Source: a virus. From it: a stretch of 64,000 nucleotides of DNA. Below, piece by piece: positions 1 through 8,500 of the stretch; the first letter of the stretch is position 1, and the number at the start of each line of letters is the position of its first letter. The DNA lies in IMG/VR virus record IMGVR_UViG_3300042451_001197, positions 1 through 64,000 of that record, one strand, 5' to 3'. Made by a program: the position numbers and the translations under genes. Under the pieces are notes generated by a model. The model was not told the DNA's origin and made no database searches. It was given only the letters and a program-made list of their open reading frames with translations.

Positions 1-2
1 TA

Positions 3-908
3 GTTATTATTTTCACCAAAGTTATCATATCTTTTCCCCGCATCTTCCCTAACCGACATAAAAGAATATTTTAAATCTTTTTCATAAGATTTTATTTTTT
101 GATAAAATTCATCAGGAACATCTTTAAGTAGCTCGTCAAAATTATCACCATTACTTAATATTTCCCATATACCAGTAGTTGATATATTGGTCATTATTTT
201 ATGTAAACGAAGATATTCCTGTCCTTTTATTTTAACTCTATCACCATTAGAAAATTTAACAACAAACCCTTCTTCATCATCCTTTATCATTGAACTTAAA
301 GTAGTATAGTCTGATATCCCATCATACTTTTCAACAACCCTAAATCCAAGGTTATTTATCATATTTCTTATTCTTATATCTTCATCACCATCATATAAGT
401 TAACTTCTCTTCCAGTTTTGGTTTCTATTACACCCAATAAAACAACATCTTCAAATGGGTATTGAACTACTATACGATTATCAGAATATATTATCTCAAA
501 CAAATAGGTATATTCAGTTTTTAAGTTTTTGTAACCATACTTTTGTAACATTTCAAACCCTTTAACTGATTGGTTAGAAGTAAATGAACCTCTGGTAGCC
601 ATTATCCATTCACCATTATAGTTAAATAAGATACCTAAACTACCATCCATTTTTGAATAAACTTCAAAATCAGTAGTTGGGGTGTGTTTATTTTCGGACA
701 AGTTAAAAAACTTTCTGAAAGGTCTTGCAACTATATTTCCTTTATCATCAGTTACCAAACCTCTAGTTTGTAGTAACAATTGATGGGTGTGCCATAAATT
801 ATCATATTGCACTTTTTCACTATAATTCCATATAGTAAGATTATGGAAAGGGTGTGTTTGTTTACTCACTAATCCTTCATCATACAATTTATTTAATTCG
901 TTTATCAT
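3..908 (-). CDS. T4 Rnl1-like RNA ligase (3' end runs off the window)
   Basis: Not in the ORF track. Manual translation from ATG at 908: MINELNKLYDEGLVSKQTHPFHNLTIWNY...RGLVTD...ARPFRKFFN...KMDGS (motif I)...ATRGSF...FEII...EGFVVKF...KIKG. No stop found at either checked end. Confidence 0.88.
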   Translation of the reverse strand, partial: MINELNKLYDEGLVSKQTHPFHNLTIWNYSEKVQYDNLWHTHQLLLQTRGLVTDDKGNIVARPFRKFFNLSENKHTPTTDFEVYSKMDGSLGILFNYNGEWIMATRGSFTSNQSVKGFEMLQKYGYKNLKTEYTYLFEIIYSDNRIVVQYPFEDVVLLGVIETKTGREVNLYDGDEDIRIRNMINNLGFRVVEKYDGISDYTTLSSMIKDDEEGFVVKFSNGDRVKIKGQEYLRLHKIMTNISTTGIWEILSNGDNFDELLKDVPDEFYQKIKSYEKDLKYSFMSVREDAGKRYDNFGENNN

Positions 909-1440
909 ATCTTTCAATAATTTCTTTTGCCCACATTAATAAATCTTCAACTCTTTGACCAGGGGGGTGATTACCACACCATAATTCTAAATTTTCAGGT
1001 CTATTATCATCTCTTATACCATTAATATGGTGGACAGTTTCGTCCGGAAATAAATCTCTACCAAGTCTTTCAATCATCACTTGTCTGTGAACAGGGATTA
1101 CCTTACCTATTCGTTTATCATAGACTTTGACATACCCATCTTTGTTTTTATGACCTTTTCCTCTTTCACCTATTTTTAAAAAATTTGGGTCACCATGTAT
1201 TCGCCATCTACTATAGTGAGTTCTACAATAACCACAGCTAAGCTTTGTCAATTTTTCACAACCTTCAATTAAACATTTTTGTTCTTCATTTCTTTTTTGT
1301 AATGGTATATCCCAATCATCACGCTTTTGTAAAAACCTATTATAATGTCCATTACATAATTGTTCTTTAAATGTTACTATCGGTTTTTCACAACCTACAA
1401 TTTTACATTTGATTTCAGTATTTTTTTTAATCTTAGTCAT
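889..1440 (-). CDS. HNH homing endonuclease with N-terminal Cys/His zinc-binding repeats
   Basis: HRQVM...ETVHHINGIRDDNRPENLEL HNH motif; two CxxxxC...CxxHY repeats; sits between two copies of the ligase N-terminus. Confidence 0.85.
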   Translation of the reverse strand: MTKIKKNTEIKCKIVGCEKPIVTFKEQLCNGHYNRFLQKRDDWDIPLQKRNEEQKCLIEGCEKLTKLSCGYCRTHYSRWRIHGDPNFLKIGERGKGHKNKDGYVKVYDKRIGKVIPVHRQVMIERLGRDLFPDETVHHINGIRDDNRPENLELWCGNHPPGQRVEDLLMWAKEIIERYDKRIK

Positions 1441-1476
1441 ATCCTATAAATATGACGAACTACACTTAAAATCAAA

Positions 1477-1572
1477 TTATATATACTTCCATATAGTTAA
1501 TGGTAGGGTTGGATGAACTTGTTTGTGAAGTAACCCATCTTCGTGATATTTATTTAAGGTGTCTAACATCAT
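1477..1572 (-). pseudogene. Orphaned original N-terminus of the RNA ligase (31 aa)
   Basis: Translates MMLDTLNKYHEDGLLHKQVHPTLPLTIWKYI*, homologous to the ligase start at 908; preceded by TATCTTTG. Confidence 0.8.
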
Positions 1573-1608
1573 TACAAAGATAATAAATTTTTTTTAAATT
1601 TCAAAATT

Positions 1609-2154
1609 ATGAAACAATATTCTATCGAAGAATTAAAAGGAGAATTTAACAGATTAGGTTATAAATGGTTTGATTTTCAAATTGTTGGTATTAGATCGAA
1701 AGCCAATTTACCAAATGTTTTTGATGATTTAATCGCAGTCATTAACAAAGATAAAATTCAATGGTTTACTTGTACAACAAACCCAGGAACTCATTGGTTA
1801 AAGAATTTACTTAATCCAAAAGGGGCGGCATTACTTAAACCAGGTCAATATGTTGATACTTGGGGTGTTGGTTTACATCAGGGTAAATACGAAGCATTAA
1901 CACAACAAAAACCTGTTACCGTTTTTAGAGATAAAGATTTAGATGATTTAGCCGAAGAAACTGCGGTTACTGATACAGGAATTTTCGGTATTAATATCCA
2001 CAGAGCGAATGATAAAATGGTCTCAAAATTCATAGATAAGTGGAGTGCAGGTTGTCAAGTGTTAAATGACCCTAATCAGTTTAAAGAATTATTACACGAA
2101 TGTAAGTTATCGGGTAAAAAATTATTTACCTACTCGCTTTTAAAGGAATTTTAA
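1609..2154 (+). CDS. L,D-transpeptidase (YkuD)-like protein, possible cell-wall enzyme
   Basis: GINIHRA...WSAGCQV His/Cys motif. Confidence 0.5.
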   Translation: MKQYSIEELKGEFNRLGYKWFDFQIVGIRSKANLPNVFDDLIAVINKDKIQWFTCTTNPGTHWLKNLLNPKGAALLKPGQYVDTWGVGLHQGKYEALTQQKPVTVFRDKDLDDLAEETAVTDTGIFGINIHRANDKMVSKFIDKWSAGCQVLNDPNQFKELLHECKLSGKKLFTYSLLKEF

Positions 2155-2322
2155 TTCGTTTTCACTAATTATATCTTTATTATTCAATCTGTATTGATAA
2201 TTACCTTTTGAATATAATACTTCCTCAACAATGCCGCTTGAGTAGATATTCCCATCTATTTTAACGACTTTGACTTTATCCCCAATTTTAAATTTTGGGT
2301 TATTTTTTCTAGGTCTTCCCAA
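2140..2322 (-). CDS. Small KOW/SH3-like hypothetical protein
   Basis: KFKIGDKVKV motif; start uncertain. Confidence 0.4.
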   Translation of the reverse strand: MGRPRKNNPKFKIGDKVKVVKIDGNIYSSGIVEEVLYSKGNYQYRLNNKDIISENELKFL

Positions 2323-2344
2323 CTTCTTTATTCCATAAATATCT

Positions 2345-3001
2345 TCAAAATGAAGTTTGGGTATGATGGTCGTAATTCATCTCGCTGGTTATAGGTCTTA
2401 CTTCCATTAATGGTGACACTTCTCTTAATACGTGATAAGGACGGAATTCGGGGTGACCATCCATGCCGACATCCATACGCCTTCCTATACCAAATCGGAG
2501 TTTAGTCGGTAAATGCGAATGACCGTGAAGGTGTGCCACTCCCTTATTTAAACCATCCCAAGAACTAATCGGGTAGTGCATCAAACGAAACTTACGTTTT
2601 CCGATTACTAAAGTTTCGTAATGACTTACAGACAGAAATAGTTCTTGAATATTATCTCTATTCTTTTCTATGTGTTCATCGTGATTTCCAAGTATTAAAT
2701 GTATGTTTTTACAAACAATTCTGTTGTGAAATTCTCTTATTGAATCAAATCCACCAAAAGACCAATCACCCAAATGAATCAGAATATCATCTTGTTTAAC
2801 CACACTATTAATGTTATCAACAATTAAACTATTCATCCTCTCAAGTGAGGTGAAATCCCTTGTATAATCAACTGGGACTTCACCATTTTCATCTCTCCAT
2901 TCACTAACTCCTCGACATATATTCTTGTGATTGTAATGTGTATCCGATGTTATCCAAACATCAGGAAACCTACCTTTACCATCACCTTCAATTTTAATCA
3001 T
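2345..3001 (-). CDS. Calcineurin-like metallophosphoesterase
   Basis: SDTH, LGD, GNHD, HGHSH motifs. Confidence 0.85.
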   Translation of the reverse strand: MIKIEGDGKGRFPDVWITSDTHYNHKNICRGVSEWRDENGEVPVDYTRDFTSLERMNSLIVDNINSVVKQDDILIHLGDWSFGGFDSIREFHNRIVCKNIHLILGNHDEHIEKNRDNIQELFLSVSHYETLVIGKRKFRLMHYPISSWDGLNKGVAHLHGHSHLPTKLRFGIGRRMDVGMDGHPEFRPYHVLREVSPLMEVRPITSEMNYDHHTQTSF

Positions 3002-3483
3002 TACTCGGCTAATTTCTTATTTGTAAATTCTTTAATTCCTGTTACTTCAAATAAAATCTCTTTTTCAATTGATTCGGGAAACACTATATCCTGTTCAATA
3101 TCGTCAAGTTCAACTTCCAATGTAATCAAACTTGTATTTTCGTAGGAGTCAATCTCAAATTTTAAATCATTTTCTTTAACGACCGTTCTAACTTTTTTAA
3201 TTTTAGAATAACTACTCAAATCCAATTTTTCAAATTCTTCGTTAGTTATTATCGTTGTTTCTTCGTGATTAACCCCTCTTGATAATGTTACTTTTTTTTC
3301 CTTAAAAATGGTAACCTGATTATTTTTTTGGTCTACTTGATATCTGTATCTATAACCATCAGGAGAATACCACTGCTCAATATCATAAACAATATCTATC
3401 TTATCTAATTTTGGAAATCTTTTCAACAAAAATTTTCTCTCAATTTCTTTGTGCCCACCCGTCATATCTATCTCATTTTTCAT
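3001..3483 (-). CDS. CYTH-domain (triphosphate tunnel) protein
   Basis: EIERKFLL, KKVR, FEID, LEVEL motifs. Confidence 0.8.
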   Translation of the reverse strand: MKNEIDMTGGHKEIERKFLLKRFPKLDKIDIVYDIEQWYSPDGYRYRYQVDQKNNQVTIFKEKKVTLSRGVNHEETTIITNEEFEKLDLSSYSKIKKVRTVVKENDLKFEIDSYENTSLITLEVELDDIEQDIVFPESIEKEILFEVTGIKEFTNKKLAE

Positions 3484-3487
3484 AATA

Positions 3488-3519
3488 CAAAGATAATATT
3501 TTTTTGTGAATCCTCCAAA
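3488..3519 (-). promoter_or_regulatory. Bacteroidota-type housekeeping promoter (representative of more than 12 copies)
   Basis: TTTG-N20-TATCTTTG, 4 nt before the ATG at 3483. Confidence 0.8.
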
Positions 3520-3528
3520 TAAAAAAAG

Positions 3529-3768
3529 TTAATTATTGAAGTATTTTTTATAAATTTTAAACATTAAAAATAAAGGAACTAAACAAATTACACCAACAAT
3601 TACTGAAACCGCTGCGGTTCGTATTAAGAAAAAATAGAATGTATAGATATGTTCATATAAACTCATCCCTTGTATTGGAAGTAAGAAAAAGAATGTTAAA
3701 CATATAATTAATGAAAGCATTAAACCTGCGGTTAAGATAAATAATCCTTTTAAGATGTTTTTTTTCAT
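3529..3768 (-). CDS. Small membrane protein
   Basis: Two hydrophobic segments. Confidence 0.6.
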   Translation of the reverse strand: MKKNILKGLFILTAGLMLSLIICLTFFFLLPIQGMSLYEHIYTFYFFLIRTAAVSVIVGVICLVPLFLMFKIYKKYFNN

Positions 3769-3772
3769 AGTT

Positions 3773-3895
3773 TTAAATTATTAGTATTAAAGTTATTATT
3801 AGTAATATTATGTTTAGGTAAATCATAGTGTAAGAAAACTCGATTTGTTGTTCACTTTTACCTTGCCAATCATCATCCCATTCTATTTTTTCCAT
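3773..3895 (-). CDS. 40-aa membrane microprotein (DWQGKS family)
   Basis: Manual translation MEKIEWDDDWQGKSEQQIEFSYTMIYLNIILLIITLILII*; paralog of 4141..4287. Confidence 0.65.
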   Translation of the reverse strand: MEKIEWDDDWQGKSEQQIEFSYTMIYLNIILLIITLILII

Positions 3896-3901
3896 ACGTT
3901 T

Positions 3902-4111
3902 TTAAAGAGTCTCCAATTCATTAAGATCGATTAAAATATTACCTTGTCTATCAATTACTTCATTCTCGATTAGGTTCATAGCGGTTCTACCATAATGACC
4001 CTGTAATGTCCAAGCATTACCTGTTTTAACAAGTTCACTAAAAAATTCAACCATATCTTTGTCACTCATTTCACCACCTTCGTAAGCAATAATTTTTTCA
4101 ACTGAAATCAT
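3902..4111 (-). CDS. Hypothetical phage protein
   Basis: ORF with AWTLQGHYGRTA motif and its own TAnnTTTG promoter. Confidence 0.7.
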   Translation of the reverse strand: MISVEKIIAYEGGEMSDKDMVEFFSELVKTGNAWTLQGHYGRTAMNLIENEVIDRQGNILIDLNELETL

Positions 4112-4140
4112 AATTTATTAATTTTATAATACAAAGATAC

Positions 4141-4287
4141 TCAAATAATTTTATTTACCAAATAAAAAACTCCTAAAACTATTAACAAGATACTAACAAC
4201 TATTAAACATAGTGACGCGACCTTTGTTGAGTAATCTACCTGTTCTTTACTTTTACCTTGCCAATCCTCTAAATTCCAATCACTCAT
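4141..4287 (-). CDS. 48-aa membrane microprotein (DWQGKS family)
   Basis: Manual translation MSDWNLEDWQGKSKEQVDYSTKVASLCLIVVSILLIVLGVFYLVNKII*. Confidence 0.65.
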   Translation of the reverse strand: MSDWNLEDWQGKSKEQVDYSTKVASLCLIVVSILLIVLGVFYLVNKII

Positions 4288-4886
4288 ATGTTTTCCTCCT
4301 TAAACACTTTAAAAACTTTTTTAGACATTTTATTATAATTCATATTGAATTTTGTACTCATCACTCCCAAAACTTTTTCGTTTTTATATGGCGAATTTTT
4401 AGGGGTACTCCATCTTCTTGTGTAATACATCCAATTATAAAACATTACATAAGCATTTGCCTTTTTGATGTAATCAGTTATATCAATACTTAAACCCCAC
4501 TCTTTTATCAGTTTAACTGACCTTTTTTCATTATCCAATTCAAGGTCTCGACAATTTGATAAATGTTTTTGAATGTTCCTAACTTCTTTACCCGACAACC
4601 ACTCGTCTAATTTAACCAATGAATTTAACGTTGTATTCCATAGTGGTATACCATCCTGCCATTGAGTTAGATGAGCATATTCGTGAACCAAAACACCAAA
4701 CCCATCGGGACTTTTTATGGCGACTACAAGTTTTTTATTTTCAGAATCAAACCAACCAGAACACTTGGCATTACTACTATACTTAACATAAGAAACATTT
4801 CTTATATCACATTTAACCCCCAATTCTTTACAATGGGATTTAACGTGTTTAATAAATTCCTTATCTTTTTCTGTCAATCCCCTCAT
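4284..4886 (-). CDS. Zincin-like metallopeptidase domain protein
   Basis: HEYAH motif with downstream Glu (ELDNE). Confidence 0.55.
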   Translation of the reverse strand: MRGLTEKDKEFIKHVKSHCKELGVKCDIRNVSYVKYSSNAKCSGWFDSENKKLVVAIKSPDGFGVLVHEYAHLTQWQDGIPLWNTTLNSLVKLDEWLSGKEVRNIQKHLSNCRDLELDNEKRSVKLIKEWGLSIDITDYIKKANAYVMFYNWMYYTRRWSTPKNSPYKNEKVLGVMSTKFNMNYNKMSKKVFKVFKEENI

Positions 4887-5115
4887 ATTAATAAACTTTT
4901 ATAATACAAAGGTACGATTTTTTTTTGAAATTACCAAATTTTTTTAACAAAAAAACCACCTGAAAATGGTGGTGTTGGGGGGGGGGTTTAGGTTTGTATT
5001 GTTAGTAATCCCAGTTCTATATTTACCTTTTATTGGGAGATTCCTTAAACCTGAGTCGGAATCACAATTTAATAATAATTATCCTAACCCTCAACAAAAT
5101 AATGTTAAGAAATTG

Positions 5116-5385
5116 TTAATTAAAACCCAAAGGGTTTAATTCACTACCAATAGGTAAGTTTTGTAGTTCTAACATTTCCTCGGTTATTTCTTCGGGAGTT
5201 AAGTGACCTTTAATATCAGAATCACAACTTCTCCAAATTTCAAAAGTATTGATACCATCACCATATAAACCAACGCCTCCACCAACAACCGAAATTTTGT
5301 GACCATTATCAAACTCCATTATGGCTTGTTTTCCACCTGTCAAACTTTGTTTTGGTTTGAACTCTAAATCATTAAATGTTTTCAT
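5116..5385 (-). CDS. Hypothetical phage protein
   Basis: ORF preceded by TTTG-N19-TACATTTG. Confidence 0.7.
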   Translation of the reverse strand: MKTFNDLEFKPKQSLTGGKQAIMEFDNGHKISVVGGGVGLYGDGINTFEIWRSCDSDIKGHLTPEEITEEMLELQNLPIGSELNPLGFN

Positions 5386-5546
5386 ACCACAAATGTAGTA
5401 ATATTTTTTGAATCCACAAAATTTTTTAAAATAAAAAACCCACTTTATTAGAGTGAGTTTTTCTTATAATTTACCAAATATATTTCTCAAATCACATTTT
5501 TCTTTATGTGTTTGAATCTTCCTTAAAAAATTTAAAATCTTCCTTA

Positions 5547-8500
5547 TCATTCAATTATAAATAATTCTTTAATTAATGTATTGTTTTTGTTATCTCTAAC
5601 CATTATAAAATATATTCCCGTATTAAGACTGGTTAGATTTAATTGGTCTTCGGATTTATTATAACCCGAATAAACAACTTGTCCTAAACTATTCTTAACC
5701 TCAACAAAATAAATATCACTTTCACCTCTAAAAACTCTAAATTCCATAATTCCTTTACCAGGATTTGGGTAGACAATAAAATCTAAGTCTTTATTATTGT
5801 TGTCATCTAAACCAACCATTCTTACATCACAAACTTTATTGACCCCAAAATAACCCATAGGACTTGACCCACAAGTATTCACACCCATAACACTAAAAGT
5901 TCCCCCAAAGAAAGATGACGATGTTTTAGCATATACCACATTACCCGTGGTCGAACCTATAAAAGAAGTTCCGTTGGGGTTACTCCAAATATAACTCGCA
6001 TTTCTTGGTGATATCGATGCGGTTAACATTATGGTGTCAGGAAAACAAGCTTGATTTATACCTGTAATTGTCGGTCTTTGTGTTAGTAACCCAATTCTTC
6101 TAGTACTCTTTACGGTACCACAAGAAAATTGTGTTGTTAATCTAATACTATCACAAGAGTTATTAATACAAGTTGACTCAAAATTACTTGGGAAAAATAC
6201 ACTTATTGAATTAGTTCCCTGACCACTAACTATCTGAGCATTATTTGGTACCGACCAAGTAAATGATAATGCTCCTGTTGTAGAAACACTATAAGTATTT
6301 GTATAACCATTGTCAACACAACTTGAACCATTTATAGTTACGGTTGGAAGTCCTACACTTACAACTCTAGTTAATGTTACAGGATTTCCACATCCTCCTG
6401 TTATGACTAACTGAATATTACCTCCAGTAAATCCATTTTGGAATGTTACTTGAATCGAATTTGTTCCTTGACCACTAACTATTGTTGAATTAACGGGAAC
6501 TGACCAATTGTAATTAACCCCACTTATTGGTGTAACACTAAAAGTTGTTGATGTATTTGTTCCAATTATACTACAAACACTTCTTACCCCTGATATTGAA
6601 GATGATGAAATTGTTGATTGGGTTGTTGATAAAGTTTTAGTTGATGATATACTACCACCACAACCATTATTTAGATTAACACTAATTGTTCCCGAAACAA
6701 ATGAGTTAGACACTAATACATTTATGACATTAGTTCCTTGACCTGATTGTATTGTCATATTTGTTGGAACTGACCAAGTAAATGTTCCACTTTGGTTTGT
6801 TACACTATAAGTTACCGATTGACCTAAGTATGGACATAAATCTCCAGGACCTGATATTGTACCAATATTACTATAAAGGTTGTTATTTGATACTGAACCA
6901 TAAGTCATAGGTGAACTACCACATTGATTAACTGACATTACACTAAACTGACCTGAAGTAAACGTGGTACTAAATTTAACTTTGATAGTGTCATTGTTAT
7001 TATTACCAACTAAAGAAACTCCATTCGGTAATCCCCATATATAATTAAATGAAGTTGGGACTGAATCTACACGATAGGTATAAATTGTATTACCATCAGA
7101 ACAAACCGTGGAAGGTCCTAAAATTGAAGTTGGTCTTGTAACATATTTGTCAATGGTAAATGTTTTAGTCGTGGTACTACAAGCGTTTGTTGCGGTAACC
7201 GAAGCGACTGAACCTGTAACAAAGTACATACTAAATTTAAACTGAACCGTATCATTACCTTGTCCTGAAAATACGTTAACCCCATACGGAGGAACCCAAG
7301 TATAAGTTGTATTTGGTTGTGAATTTGTAACTATATATTGTTTAATACTACCAATAGGGTCACCACAGAAATTACCTGAGATTGTAGGTTTGTTAGGTAA
7401 TTTAGAAACCCAAATACTTCTATGATAAGTAATGCCATTTGAAACAACATCAACTTCAATACTATCTTGAATAAACCCACTTGAAAAAGTTACATTAACA
7501 TTTTGACTACTCAACCCATTGGAAGATGTAACACTATTTGGTAATATCCAAGAAATGGTATTAGGTACCCCATTAGAATAGTTTATGGTGTACGTTGTTG
7601 AGTTAATACCACATATTGAACTAATACCACTAATTTGTCCTACAATAATTGGTGTTGAGTTACAACCCAAATTTACAGATGTTTGTGACGTACAACTTTT
7701 AGAATCAGTTACCGTTAAAGTGTAATTACCCGAAGGAATGTTTGTTAAATTTTGTGATGATGAACCATTAGACCAAGAATAAGAATAAGGTGATGTCCCA
7801 CCAACAACACTTACATTAATACTACCATTATTAAACCCACAGGTTGGTGTTACCGATGATGTAACAGAAATACTTAATTGATTTGGTTGACTTACATTTA
7901 AAGTTGTGATTTTATTACAACCTTTGTTATCAGTTATAGTTACGTTATAGTTACCTGCAGTTAAATTACTAATCGTATTTTGATTACTACCATTACCCCA
8001 TAAAATAATATAAGGTGATGTTCCACCTGAGATGTTTGTTACTGAAAGACTACCATTACTTTCACCAAAACAATTTACATTTGTTACTGAAGTGGTAACC
8101 GTAATTGTTGATGGTTGTGTTATTGTAACTGAGTTGGTTGTTGTACAACCTTTACTATCCGTGATTGTTACTGAATAAGTGTTTGCTGGTAAATTATTTA
8201 AGTCTTGATTAGTAGAACCATTAGACCAACTATATGAATAAGGTGAAGTTCCACCACTTGGGGTTAAGTTAATACTACCATTGACACCATTAAAACAACT
8301 AACATTTACGGAAGTTAATGATGATGTAAGTAACGTAGGTTGTGTGATTGTAACCGAGTTAGTTGAACTACATAGGTTGTTATCAGTAATTGTAACTGAG
8401 TAATTACCCGATGTTAGATTAGATATATCTTCAATTGTTCCACCATTTGACCAACTAAAAGTAAAAGGACTATTTCCTGTTGGTGTTAAATCTATCGAAC

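Noticed and set aside
889-1572. Group I intron interrupting the ligase
   Set aside because: Only about 36 nt of non-coding sequence upstream of the HNH ORF and none downstream; the ligase has its own complete start.
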